The notes: generated by a model not told the origin, from the sequence alone. DNA of 64,000 bases from an uncultured Planctomycetota bacterium (GCA_963845755.1 CAWJTV010000043.1:1-64000); one strand, 5' to 3'; numbered from the stretch's first letter, positions 34,770-46,435 are shown. A program made the numbers and translations.

Positions 34770-35140
34770 CGTTGCACTCCTTCGTTGGACGGTCATTGCC
34801 GGACGACTCGGGAACCACTCCCGAAAACGGACCGGCGTGACGTTGTCGTGAGTCGCTCGATTTAGCGGGAGGCTCATGGACTGGTCCTCCCGTGTCTGCG
34901 TTGCCAGGAACCTGGCTGCCGCCCGCGGCGCGCAGACCGGGCGCCCGGCGGTGTGGGCGCTGCTCGAAGGCAGAACCTCACCGGCCACTCTTCTCTGACT
35001 CAGGGGAAATCCGCAGGCATCCGGCACACAGAGGTGACGGGCGATTCGATGTGCTGTGGAATTTTGGTCTTGGTGCCTTCTGGGTCGGCTCTCGCTCGTT
35101 TGTCCCCCAGCAAGGCCACGGCCCGCGGCCTACGTCTTCG

Positions 35141-37990
35141 TCATCGTCCGTCCGGAGGAGTCTGCGGCTTCTGGCGAAGCGTCTTGAGCAACGCCTGGAA
35201 ATCCGAGCGGGGGCGTAGCGAGCGGAGATCCGGATCGCGCTCGATCCAGTCGGCCTCCCTGTAACCACGATCGACGGCTTGCTGCAGCGCAGCCATCGCC
35301 TTGTCGGAGTACACTTGAGATGACTTCTGCATGGGTTTGCTTGGGTCAGCAGGCAGGTTCGCCGTGACTTCGCCGGCCAAGGCGAGCCCGCAGGCCAGAT
35401 CGTAGGCGAACATATGATTTTCGCCGACGATCCGATTGCCAATTGCGATGGCCTGACCAAGAGACTCGAGGGCTTCGCCTGTCTTCCCTTGTTTAGCACG
35501 TGTCTTGCCGATCCCACGCAGAATCATGGCCAGGGCGTTCAGATTCCTCACGTCATTCGGATTCGTCTTGCGCACCATTTCCGCTTGTTCGCGCGCCTTG
35601 GCGAGGGCGTTCAATCCGGCCTCGATCTCGTCCCGGTCAATGAGATACTCGCCAAGCTCGGCAGAACTGGTCGCTAAGACCCTCCTGAATTCGTTGACGG
35701 CCGGATTCTCGACGACGATCCGTTCCATGATCTCCACCGACTCCACGAAGTGTTGTCGGCTCTCTTTCCATCGGCCCAGGATCTTGAAGAGGACTGCCAT
35801 TCCCCGAGTGCTCAAGGCGAGTGTGTAGCGCAACTGCGGATCTTCGGGATGTTCCGCGACGAGAGTCCGCTGGATCTGATTGGCCTGATGCACGGAATCG
35901 AAAGCCTCGGCGGGTTGCCCCTGCGCGACGAGGATCTGGCCCAGATCGCTCAGGGACATACCGAGCTCGATCCGATAGGACAGTTGATTGGGGAACTCCG
36001 CGGAGAGGCTCTCGAGCAGCGCGATAGCCGCCCGTTGGTGATGGATCGCCTCGTCGGGTTTTCCATGACCATGCAAGTTACTGGCCATATAATGATGGGC
36101 GAGGGCAAGATCGGCGCGGATCGCCGAGTCGCGTGGCGGATCCCTCTGGAGCTGGTTCAGAAGGGCGATGGAGCGCTCGAACGAGGTAAGCGACTCGTCC
36201 GATTGCCCGTGATTGGCCTGGATCATCGCCATCCTGACCAGGCAGCGACCCTCGCCCGCGCGGTAAGACTTTCTCAAGGGTTCGGCAGCTGCCTGCGCGA
36301 GCGATTTGTACATTTCCGAGGCCGTCTGGAATGCCTTTAGAGCGTCTTGCTTCGAGCCGATCTGGTCGATGATCTCGCCGACGCGCAGCGTGGCCGCGGC
36401 CAGATCGGCTTGCAGGTCGGTGTCGTCATGATTCTGGCTTACGAAGTCTTCGTAGTACTTCAAGGCTGTTGTCAGCAGCTCCTTGCGGAGTGGTTGCAGG
36501 CCGGGCAAGGGCGAATTGAGCAATCGACTCTCGCTGATCGCCGTCAAGTAATCGTCCACGGCGGCACGGGCGCGGGCCAGGTTGGCTTTTGCATCATCCT
36601 CCGCCCTGATCGCCCGGTCGCGCTGGTTCTGAGCTTCGAGCCGTTGTTTGTTTTCGCCATCGTAAGCCAGGATCGCCTCCGCCTTGGCTCTGTTGGCACG
36701 AACCGCCTGCCAGGCGCTGACGACCGAGGCCAGGATGAGCACAGCGGCGAAAGCGCACACCATCGCCATGACCCCGCGATACTTCCTGGCGAACTTGCTC
36801 AGACGGTAGGCCGACGACGGCGGACACGCCTGCACCGGCTCGTCATCCAGGTAGCGGCGCAGGTCGGCTGCCAACCCGTTCGCGGTCTCGTAGCGTCGAT
36901 TGCGGTCCTTCTCGAGTGCCTTCATCACGATCCAATCGAGCTCTCCCCGCACCAGAACGCTCAGTCTCCGCGGCTCGATGTGTCGACACGCCGCGATACT
37001 CGGCAGCTCCTCGGTCGAGCTCAGGCGCACGCTCGGCCGTGGAGACTCCTCCTCGCGGATCAGTCGCAGCACCTCGAGAAACAAGACGGACTTCAGCCGC
37101 TTGTGCTGCAGCGGGGTCGAGCCGGTCAAGAGCTCATAGATCAGGACTCCCAGGCTGTAGATGTCACTGCGGGTGTCGATGTCGAGCTGGTTCAATTCGG
37201 CCTGCTCGGGGCTCATGTACTCCAGCGTGCCGACCACCGCCCCGAACTCGGTGTACAGCGTCTCGTCGGTCAACCGCGGTCCGGTCGCCTTGGCCACCCC
37301 GAAGTCGATGATCTTCGGCACCGGTTGGCCATCGTACAGGGCGATCAGGACATTCGAAGGTTTCAGGTCGCGATGGATAATGCCCTTCTGGTGGGCGTGC
37401 TGTACGGCCTGGCACACCGGGATGGCCAGCTCGAGTCGCTTGCGAAGCGTCAGCCGGCGCTCGTCGCAGAACGTGGTAATCGGAATACCCTTGACCAGCT
37501 CCATCACGAAGTAGGGGCGTCCCTCTGCGGTGGCGCCGGCGTCAAGGACCTTGGCGATGTTGGGGTGGTCCATGAGGGCCAGTGCCTGGCGTTCGGCCCC
37601 GAACCGGGCCAGGACCTGTCGGCTGTCCATACCGGCCTTGATGAGCTTGAGCGCGACCGTTCGCCGCACGGGCTGGGTTTGCTCGGCCATGTAGACCGTG
37701 CCCATGCCCCCCTCGCCGATCCGCTGAAGGAGTTTATATGGGCCAATGGACTTTCCAGGCCATTCGCCGTCGGTGACTGACGCGTCATTTGCGGTCGCGT
37801 CGGCATCGACGGCCGGGGATTCCAGGAAGCTGCCGGCTGCGACATCATGGCGCAGGAGGTCTTCGATCCCGACGCGGAGCGACTCATCCACGCCACAAGC
37901 GGCGTCGAGGAACGCGGCACGTTGAGCAGGGTCGGCCAGCTCCGCTGCGGCGTTGAAGAGGCGCTCCATGTCCGATCTCGATGCAGCCAC
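35141..37990 (-). CDS. Hanks-type Ser/Thr protein kinase with TM helix and TPR-like C-terminus
   Basis: IGEGGMGTVY, VALK, HRDLKPSN, DFG, YMSPEQ; GTG start. Confidence 0.95.
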   Translation of the reverse strand: MAASRSDMERLFNAAAELADPAQRAAFLDAACGVDESLRVGIEDLLRHDVAAGSFLESPAVDADATANDASVTDGEWPGKSIGPYKLLQRIGEGGMGTVYMAEQTQPVRRTVALKLIKAGMDSRQVLARFGAERQALALMDHPNIAKVLDAGATAEGRPYFVMELVKGIPITTFCDERRLTLRKRLELAIPVCQAVQHAHQKGIIHRDLKPSNVLIALYDGQPVPKIIDFGVAKATGPRLTDETLYTEFGAVVGTLEYMSPEQAELNQLDIDTRSDIYSLGVLIYELLTGSTPLQHKRLKSVLFLEVLRLIREEESPRPSVRLSSTEELPSIAACRHIEPRRLSVLVRGELDWIVMKALEKDRNRRYETANGLAADLRRYLDDEPVQACPPSSAYRLSKFARKYRGVMAMVCAFAAVLILASVVSAWQAVRANRAKAEAILAYDGENKQRLEAQNQRDRAIRAEDDAKANLARARAAVDDYLTAISESRLLNSPLPGLQPLRKELLTTALKYYEDFVSQNHDDTDLQADLAAATLRVGEIIDQIGSKQDALKAFQTASEMYKSLAQAAAEPLRKSYRAGEGRCLVRMAMIQANHGQSDESLTSFERSIALLNQLQRDPPRDSAIRADLALAHHYMASNLHGHGKPDEAIHHQRAAIALLESLSAEFPNQLSYRIELGMSLSDLGQILVAQGQPAEAFDSVHQANQIQRTLVAEHPEDPQLRYTLALSTRGMAVLFKILGRWKESRQHFVESVEIMERIVVENPAVNEFRRVLATSSAELGEYLIDRDEIEAGLNALAKAREQAEMVRKTNPNDVRNLNALAMILRGIGKTRAKQGKTGEALESLGQAIAIGNRIVGENHMFAYDLACGLALAGEVTANLPADPSKPMQKSSQVYSDKAMAALQQAVDRGYREADWIERDPDLRSLRPRSDFQALLKTLRQKPQTPPDGR

Positions 37991-38070
37991 GGTGTTACTC
38001 CACGTTTGAGTGTCCCGCAGGCCAATGCGACGAAATCGACCAATAGGGATCAGCGCGTCCGTGAGATTCT

Positions 38071-38658
38071 TTATCTCCCTGCGCGATCGTTAACCGGGCC
38101 GCCCCACTCTGCCACCTCGCGGTGCAACCATGCTTTCGCGTAACGCCAGTATCGTTTGGCCGTTACGGCCGACACGCCCAACACATGGGACGCCTCATCC
38201 AGACTTAAGCCGGCGAAGAATCGCAACTGGACCAGGCGGGCCTTGATCGGATCCTCGGCCGCGAGTCTGGTCATCGCCTCGTCCAGGGCCAAGAGTTCCT
38301 CGGGCGGCATCCGGCAGACCAAGGATGCCTCGTCAAAATCGACGCGCAGTCGGCCGCCGCCATGCTTTTCACGGCGTTTGCGCCGGGCGTTTTCGACCAG
38401 GATACGTCGCATCGCTTCAGCAGCCGCGGCGAAGAAGTGGCCACGGTTATCCCAGCCGTCCTCGCGCCGGCCACCGACAAGTCGCAGGTAAGCTTCATGC
38501 ACGAGGTCGGTAGCCTGGAGGGTCAGGCCGGGCTTTTCTCGGGCCAACCTCCGTATGGCCAGCTTGCGGAGCTCCTCGTAGACTAGGGGTAGGAGCTGTT
38601 CGGCGGCCCGCGGGTCGCCCTGCTCGATCGCCGAGAGGATCCGTGTCACTTCGGTCAT
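38071..38658 (-). CDS. ECF sigma factor, TIGR02999 type (kinase-associated)
   Basis: LLPLVYEELRKLA, TLQATDLVHEAYLRL, FFAAAAEAMRRILV, LRFFAGLS. Confidence 0.93.
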   Translation of the reverse strand: MTEVTRILSAIEQGDPRAAEQLLPLVYEELRKLAIRRLAREKPGLTLQATDLVHEAYLRLVGGRREDGWDNRGHFFAAAAEAMRRILVENARRKRREKHGGGRLRVDFDEASLVCRMPPEELLALDEAMTRLAAEDPIKARLVQLRFFAGLSLDEASHVLGVSAVTAKRYWRYAKAWLHREVAEWGGPVNDRAGR

Positions 38659-39185
38659 GGGAGACGGCCATCCTGGCCCATCCGCCCAGGTTGCTATCAT
38701 AGCCCGCTTCGGGGCTCCGTTGCTCCGACTCGACCTGAATAAAACTGCAATGAGGGCGCGGACGGCCAGACTTCATCGTAAATCAGACGGCCAGGAAATG
38801 ATAGGCGCACATGGCTTCGCCGAGCCAGACACGAGGCGACAGGTCACTGTGGCCAGGGAGCCTCGACCACGCTCAGAACTTGCCGGGCACCGCATTCTAA
38901 CGAGTCTCCGGAAGTTGATCCCCGGGGTCATCGATCGTCTCAGTGGCTCTCGTTTTCATCAGCCTCCTCCGACAGCCAATTATCAACGCGCACTCTTCAT
39001 CGTGCGCTTATGAATCATTGCCGGTGGCGGAAGCCCATCAGGAGTCGAGGTTCACGCAGCTTGAGAATCCTTCACTCGTGTGACGGCTAGTCCAGCATCG
39101 GGTCCAGCTCTGCCACAGCCTGCCTTTGGGAAGTCTCGAGAGAATCCCGGCGAACAACTCAACCCCTTTTCTGAATTGACTTAGA

Positions 39186-39232
39186 GGGCGATGAGGGATT
39201 TCGAAACCCCGACATCCTGCGTGTAAAGCAGG
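39186..39232 (-). repeat. Displaced tRNA-Val 3' half, copy C
   Basis: Matches the tRNA 3' half with two substitutions and one inserted T. Confidence 0.92.
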
Positions 39233-39632
39233 CTGACTCTTATGGAATTTGTGGCCCTAAGTGGAATAGCGATATGGCCTTATGACACGGCATTACTGTG
39301 CCACTCGTTTCCAGGATTTCTATAGTTTTGTGACGATTCATAATAGTTTAGCGCGGTCTCTCTGCCATGGCAGAGTTGATCTTCGCCGCGCCCTCACTTC
39401 TCGGCCAGAAGGACCGCAACGTGACACGCGCTCAACACGCTGCCACGTCAACGCGTCAGATGCTCATTCAGGTCCGAGCAAAGACGAAGTGGGTGCGCAA
39501 CTCAGGACGAGTCGCAAGTCAAGGTATCGGGGTCGTCAAGGACGTGGAGCGGGTGAAATCTCTGTTCGACCTATTCGCTGCGGTTCTGGACCAACTTTAC
39601 CGGATTCCGTCGGCGAGGCTAGACTCGGCGTT

Positions 39633-40181
39633 ATGTTCGAGATCACCCACCTTCTCGACGCCGCCGCGGCCGGCGACCGCCAGGCGGCGTCCGACCTGCT
39701 CCCGCTCGTTTACGACGAGTTGCGAAAGCTCGCGGCCGCGCGGATGGCCGCGGAGGCCCCCGGGCACACCCTCGACGCCACCGCCCTGGTGCACGAGGCT
39801 TACCTGCGGCTGGTCGGCGACCAGCAGTTCGACGGTCGAGGGCACTTCTTCGCCGCCGCGGCCGAGGCGATGCGGCGGGTGCTGGTCAACCACGCCCGGG
39901 ACCGCAACCGGCGGAAGCGGGGCGGCGGGCGGAATCGGGTCGACCTCGACCGGCTCACCGGTCCGGCCGTCGCCACCGACGACGACATCCTCGAGCTCGA
40001 CGGCGCCCTCGACCGGCTGGCGAACGAGTTCCCCGTAGCCGCCGAGCTCGTGAAGCTGCGGTTCTTCGCCGGGCTCACGCTGGGTGATGCGGCAGAAGCC
40101 ATGGGCATCCCCCGTCGGACCGCCGACCGGCACTGGTCATTCGCCAGGGCCTGGCTCGCCGACGCGCTCGCCGGAGGGTAA
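39633..40181 (+). CDS. ECF sigma factor, TIGR02999 type (kinase-associated)
   Basis: LLPLVYDELRKLA, TLDATALVHEAYLRL, LRFFAGLT, WSFARAWL. Confidence 0.93.
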   Translation: MFEITHLLDAAAAGDRQAASDLLPLVYDELRKLAAARMAAEAPGHTLDATALVHEAYLRLVGDQQFDGRGHFFAAAAEAMRRVLVNHARDRNRRKRGGGRNRVDLDRLTGPAVATDDDILELDGALDRLANEFPVAAELVKLRFFAGLTLGDAAEAMGIPRRTADRHWSFARAWLADALAGG

Positions 40182-40264
40182 TCTCAGAATATTTTGGATC
40201 CCGTGGCGCACTCCCGGGCAAGACGGGGCATTGGGAGAGGAAACCCTAACCCGGAGGTGAAAAC

Positions 40265-43200
40265 ATGCCCGACGCCAACCCCGGACTGATGACCCTCTTC
40301 GCCGAAGCCCTGGAACGCACCGACCCGGCCGACCGGGCCGCATACCTGGACTGCGCCTGTGCGGGCGATGCCGCGCCTCCGCCGTCGGGTCGAGGCGCTG
40401 CTGGCCGCCCACGACGGCGCCGGCCGTTTCCTGGAACCCGATGCCACCGGCGTGTCCGGACCCGCGTCAGCCGCAACCCTGGAAGCGACCGGGACATCCG
40501 CGCCGGAAACGCGTCCCCCGCCGGAACCGGCGACCCGGGAAAACACACCCGACGGCACGATCGCCGCGGTCCCGGGCGCCACGCCGGCCGCCTCCCCCGA
40601 TGGGTTCGTCGCGGGCCAGGTCATCGCCGGCCGTTTCACGCTGCTGGAGGTCCTCGGCGAGGGGGGGATGGGCACGGTTTACCGGGCCGAGCAGACCCAG
40701 CCGGTCAAGCGGCCGGTGGCCTTGAAGCTGATCAAGGTCGGCATGGACTCGCGCACGGTGCTGGCCCGGTTCGACGCCGAACGCCAGGCTCTGGCCTTGA
40801 TGGATCACCCGAACATCGCCCGCGTTTACGACGGCGGCACCACTGCGGCCGGCCAGCCGTTCTTCGTGATGGAGCTGGTCAAGGGCGTCCCGATCACCGA
40901 GTACTGCGACCGGCATCGGCTCCCGGTGCGGGCCCGGCTGGAGCTGTTCGTGGCCGTCTGCCAGGCGGTCCAACATGCCCACCAGAAGGGGATCATCCAC
41001 CGCGATCTGAAGCCCTCCAACGTCCTGGTCACCGAGGTCGACGGCCGGCCCACCCCCAAGGTCATCGACTTCGGCGTCGCCAAGGCGACCGAATTCCGGC
41101 TCACCGAGCAGAGCCTGGCCGACACCGGGGCGATCGTCGGCACGCCGACGTACATGTCGCCGGAGCAGGCCGACCCGTCGTCGATGGACATCGACACCCG
41201 CACCGACGTCTACGCGCTGGGCGTAATCCTCTACGAGCTGCTGGCCGGCTCGCCGCCGCTCGACGCGAACCAGTTCAAGCGCGGGGCGCTCCTGGAGATG
41301 CTGCGGATGGTGCGGGAAGTCGACCCGCCCCGGCCAAGCACCAAGGTCAGCACGGCCGAGGCCCTGCCCAACATCGCCGCCAGCCGCGACATCGAGCCGG
41401 CGCACTTGAAGCGGGCGCTCACGGGTGACCTCGACTGGATCGTGATGAAGGCGATCGAGAAGGACCGCTCCCGGCGGTATGAGACGGCGAACGGCTTCGC
41501 GGCCGACGTCCTGCGCCACCTGGCGAACGAGCCCGTCGTGGCCGCGCCGCCGAGTCGGGCCTACCGGATGCGGAAGTTCGTCCGGAAGAATCGTGGCCAG
41601 GTGATCGCTGCGAGTTTGGTGCTGGCGACGCTCGTCATCGGCATCGTGGGGACCACCCTGGGCTTGTTCCAGGCCAGGCGGCAGGAGCAGATCGCGCAGA
41701 CCTCGGCGACGAATGAGGCGAAAGCACGCAGCAAAGCAGAAGACCTCGCGACGAAGGAGGCGAGGGCACGCGGGCAAGCGGACGAACGAGCCGAGCAGCT
41801 CGCCCGCGAGGATTACGTCAACCGCGTCAACCGGGCCTATCGCGAGGTGGAAGACGATAACGTCGCGCTGGCCGAGGACCTGCTGCACGGTTGTCCGCCC
41901 GAACGTCGCGGCTGGGAGTGGCATTCCGTCAAGAGGCTCTGCCGCTCGGAGCGACTCGTCCTGAATCCGGCCCAGAGCGTCAACGCCGTCGCCTACAGCC
42001 CGGACGGGAGCTGGATCGCGGCAAGCTCGGGCGCGGTGGTATTCCGGGGGATGGGGACCCCGAGAGATGAATCGGCCGTGAACCTCTGGGATGCGGCGAC
42101 GGGCCGGCGGCGACTGGTCCTTCGCGGGATCAAAGGCTGCGTCTATGGCCTGGCCGTGAGCCCGGATGGAAAACGGATCGCGGTCGGAAGCGGGACCGAA
42201 CGCCCCAAAGTCGAAGCCCGACTGTCGGTTTGGGATGCGGCGACCGGCCATGTCGTATGGTCCCGGGACGAGCCGGAATTCGAGGCCATGAGCGTCGCCT
42301 TCAGCCCTGACGGCAAGTCGGTCGCCGTGGGCTTCGGGTTCTACCTCGGCGATTCCGTCGGCAAGGTCAAGGTCTGGGACGCCGCCACCGGTCGAGAGCG
42401 ATCGACGTTCACCGGCCCGCCGGGGTGGGGAGTGAACAAGATCGCCTTCCATTCCGACGGTCGTCGACTCGCCGCCGCCGGGTCGGGGGCACCCAGATCT
42501 GGGACATCGTCGCCGGATCCAAGGTGCGGGATCTGGTCGGCCACGACCGATGGGTCCTGGGTGCCGCCTTCAGCCCCGACGGCAAGTGGCTGGCGACGGG
42601 TGGGTGGGACCGGACGGTCAAGCTGTGGAATGCCGACACCGGTGCGGAGGAGCGGACGATCTTCGCCCACGAGGGCTACGTACTCGATCTGGCCTTCAGC
42701 CCCGACGGCCGGCGCCTCGTCACGACGAGCGAGGACCGCAGCGTCAGGCTCTGGGAGATCCCCTCAGGACGCCGCGTCGCGACCTACCATGGCCACACCG
42801 ACTTTGTCCAGGCCGTCGCCTTCCGGCCGGACGGCCGTGAGCTGGCGAGCGCCAGCCTGGATGGCTCGGTCAGGGTCTGGAACCTGCGCACCAGCCGCCC
42901 GGTCGTCTTTGGCGGGCACTCCGGCTGGGTCGAAACCCTGGCGTTCCGGCGGGATGGCCGGCGGATCGTCTCGCTCGGAGGCAGACAGACGGCCCAGGGC
43001 GAGGTGGCGATGGGCTGGAACCCGGAAACCGGCGAGCTCGACCCCTCCCTGAGCGGGGTCGACCTCACGGCCCCCTCGTCCCTGTTCGTGGCAGGCACCT
43101 CGATGGGCGAAAGGCTCTCGAAAGGGGAAGTGACCGCGAAAAGCGCCGACGGAAAGCTGGTGGTCCAGCTCAGCCAAAACAGCGGCTACGGTGAAACGTC

Positions 43201-44533
43201 GCGCAGCCGGGAGTACGAGGTCAGCTCGGTCGTGATCCGGGATGCGGCGAGCGGCCGGGTGCTCCATACGCTGATTGGCCACTCGGCCGATGTCACCTGC
43301 GCCGCGTTCAGCCCGGACGGTCGGCGGCTGGCGACGGCCAGCTTCGACCGGACGATCAAGCTCTGGGACACGGCGACGGGCCGGGACGTCTTCACGCTCC
43401 GAGGCCACACCGCGGGCGTGGTCGCCTTGGCCTTCAGTCCCGACGGGAACCGGATCGCCTCGGGCGGCATCGATCACACGGCCCGAATCTGGGACGCGAC
43501 CCCGCTCTCGACCGAGGTCCTGCGAGCGGACGACGACCGTTATCGGCGAAAGATCGCCACGCTGGAGCAATTGAAGGGCGCGGAGGACGACGCTGAGCGG
43601 GGCAAGATCCTGGCCAGCGGTGGCCAGTGGGGTATGGCGGCCGAGGCGTTTGCCAGGGCGGTGGAGAAGGAACCTGAGAAGATCCAGCTCCGCTACCAGC
43701 TCATCGATGCGCTTTTGCAGGCAGGTGATCGAAGCCAGGTCGGGGCCGCCTGCGACGATTTCCTCAAGCGGTTCGGGAACAGCGGCGATCCCATCCGGGA
43801 CTTGCTAGTCACCGGGCTATGTCGGTTGGCTTCGCAGGCGATCACCGATCCGGAGAAGCGCCTGGCCGTTCACGCGTTCGCCCTGGCGAGCAACGGCGAG
43901 GAGCGGGTTCTGGTCCTTGGCCGGTACGGACAGTGGGACCGGGTTGCCTCCGTATTCACCAAATTCGTGGAAGCGAAATATATCGACGACAATCCCGAGG
44001 GACTCGAATTCTTCCAGATCCAACTTCTGTCCCTCGTGGAGTCGGGCGACCTGCCGGGATATCGGTCCGCGGCGGGCAAGCTCGTTTCGCAATACAGCAA
44101 GACCTCCGATCCCAACTCACTGAACAACGCGGCCTGGTACTGTACCTACGCCTCCGATGCCGTGGCCGATCTCGCCGTCCCGGTCCAGATGGCCGAGAAG
44201 GCGCTCGCGGGCTTTCCACCCGAGCAGAAGCGACTCGTCGTCAACACCCTGGGCGTCGCGCTGTATCGCGCGGGGCGGATCGACGAGGCGATCGTCCGAC
44301 TCGACGAGAGCGTGAAGGCATCCGGGGGCGTCGGCCTTCCCCAGGATTGGGCCTTCCTCGCGATGGCCCACCACAAGAAAGGGAACGGCGACGAGGCCCG
44401 CCGCTGTCTCGAGAAGCTCCGATCCCACAAGCCGGATGAGAAGGCCGGCTTCTCGACGGATGTTGTGGAGTGCCGGATGTTCCACCGGGAGGCCGAGGCG
44501 CTGCTCCGGGAGCCTCCTCGCGCGCGCCCTTGA
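40265..44533 (+). CDS. Hanks-type Ser/Thr kinase with WD40 repeats and TPR-like C-terminus; frameshifts near 40375 and 42490
   Basis: GGAGGTG RBS; LGEGGMGTVY, HRDLKPSN, DFG; repeated GH..V..AFSPDG..LAT.S.D.TVKLWD. Confidence 0.92.
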
Positions 44534-45189
44534 TCCGACTACGCGAGCGGCCCCGGGGTGGCTTGCGGCGGCGGACTCGTGCAGGGCTCGGAGCATCCGG
44601 CAGACTCTCGGACCAGCACAACGTCTCTCCGTACGAGTCCCGCCCGCATACCGACGGTGCGCATCACATCAGCCTGATCCTCTGTCTGGCCGACAATCAA
44701 GCGAAAAACCGCCCCAGTGACTCCGATGGGGGACGCGAAGGACACTCGCCGCAACCCCCTGGCATGTTCCCGCGCCGTGCGTGTTCTTGATGCCCGATAC
44801 TGGCTGGCAACGTCAACCAGTACGGCTTGATTGTCTGGTCGACCTACAAGGAACCGGGGCACTGATCATGTTTGAAGCGCGCCCCGCCGTGCCGGCGCAG
44901 TCCAACGGGTAACGACCGCGTGACCGGGATCCCATCGGCTTCCCGCGTCGTGTCATCATAGGTATCTGCCGAACAAAAGCCCGGAGTCCGTGAAATTCGA
45001 ACAACCCCTGCAAGATGGCCATCCGTAGACGGTTGCATTGGGTCACCAAAGCGACCGAAGACGAAACGTGGCGAAAGGCGCATCGGAGTAAGTCTGGGGA
45101 GTAAAATATCAGCGGCAGCCTGAGCCGGAGCGGATTCAAATATAGGTGCCGAGGAAATACGTGGCGTGACTGCCGGCAGGCTGCGTCGG

Positions 45190-45420
45190 TTCGACATGAA
45201 TGGGGATGTCTGGGAGTGGTACTGGGAGGGAAATGAGAAATACGACGCGAAGTCGCCAGCCGTCGATCGGTCGGCGCAGCGGGGGCCTTCGACCGCGTGG
45301 TTTGGGGCGGGTGCTGGGACCTCCGCGCCATCAGCACGCGGGCGTCGTTCCGGAACACGGGAACGCCGGAGTGCCGGGGCTACAGCATGCTCGGTTTTGC
45401 GTAATCCGAGGCCAGTATGA
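45190..45420 (+). pseudogene. C-terminal fragment of an FGE-sulfatase (SUMF1/CLec) domain gene
   Basis: FDMNGDVWEWYW..YDAKSPAVD then, after a frameshift, DRVVWGGCWD..TRASFRN..P..RGYSMLGF; resembles DMxGNVWEW...RVxRGGSW...GFR. Confidence 0.7.
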
Positions 45421-45583
45421 GGAATAGGGGAAGCGTAGACCTTGATAAGCTCATTTGTGGGACAACTTCCGTGTCTCTGCGTCGTGGAGTGACATAATCG
45501 TGTCGACCTCACAATGGAGAGCGCATTCGAGAAACCCAGGCGCTCTACCTCGACATAACTCCCTGAATACACAACGTTTACAA

Positions 45584-45631
45584 TGGGCGATGAGGGATTC
45601 GAACCCCCGACATCCTGCGTGTAAAGCAGGT
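45584..45631 (-). repeat. Displaced tRNA-Val 3' half, copy B
   Basis: 47/48 identity to 51971-52018. Confidence 0.95.
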
Positions 45632-45809
45632 TCAAAATCCGCGATTTTTCGGTTGCAAGCTATTCTTTGTTAAGGCTTTAGGGTTAGACCATCCGCCAAG
45701 ACCGTTTTCCAGGCAGTCGAAAATTTTGCCGGGTTTTTCTGACTCTTATCGTGCTGTGTCTGCACGTGCAGAGCTGCACGCGACGCTGGAAAGTTTCGTC
45801 CGGCGAACT

Positions 45810-46035
45810 CTCCGAACTGCGCCGCCAGTGCCTCGATGTCAATTTGCGAAGTGTGCGCCGCGAAGTCAAAGTTGCCGATCAGACTGACATCCCGCCAAGC
45901 GACGGGCGACGTGCCCCTGAGAATCTTGATCGCTCCTGGTCATCGGCTGCGAGCTTCTGCTCGTACACTCGACAAGAGCAGGATAGTGTAGTAGATGATG
46001 GCGTTTGCGATGAGCCGTGAGCACTCGTTCCAGAT
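45810..46035 (-). pseudogene. C-terminal fragment of a Tn3-family transposase
   Basis: Hand translation across frameshifts: IWNECSRLIANAIIYY..LLLS / YEQKLAADDQ / IKILRGTSPVAWRDVSLIGNFDF. Confidence 0.72.
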
Positions 46036-46435
46036 CTACTTTATCTATCAGCGGAACATGTTCCAATCAGGTAAAAATGTGAATGACCGCAATGCTGGCT
46101 CCGGACCAGTCGTTCGATTTCACTCCCGGCCACAAGCGGACCCCTGGTTATTGGTCACACCGACAATGCGGCGCGCAGATCGTGTCCAATCTCATTTCTG
46201 CGGAACGTCGGCTCAAGCTATTCTGAAGGTTGTCTCGGCCCTGATCGTCGACGAACAGGCACGGGTCGCCGGATGGGCCGTTGAGCATTCGCAGTTCCCG
46301 GAACGCCCTCGGACGGGGCATGAATCACCACCCTCTTCGCCGGCGCAATCCAACTGACTAAACTATGGCGCGGCGTCGTTGTCGAGCCTGTGTCCGACTA
46401 CACCGCCTATCCCCGTTCTGTTTTTCGAGGTTTTC

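Larger units (their letters stand above)
30061..39185. mobile_element. tRNA-Val-integrated element E1 (~9.1 kb), no integrase seen
   Basis: Bounded by att copies D and C, conserved end motifs. Confidence 0.72.
39233..45583. mobile_element. tRNA-Val-integrated element E2 (~6.4 kb), no integrase seen
   Basis: Bounded by att copies C and B, conserved end motifs. Confidence 0.75.

Noticed and set aside
34895..34960. c-di-GMP-I riboswitch upstream of the HAF-repeat gene (minus strand GGTCT...GGCAGCCAGGTT)
   Set aside because: The GGCAAACC / GAAA tetraloop / GACGCAAA core is missing.
39367..39630. LLGQKDRNVTRAQHA in ORF 39367-40038 as a tyrosine integrase C-terminal remnant
   Set aside because: It lacks the LGH histidine, catalytic Tyr and upstream HxLR. 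The following KWVRNSG...LFAAVLDQLY looks more like a decayed DUF4145/HEPN-type gene. Neither call is supportable without an HMM search.
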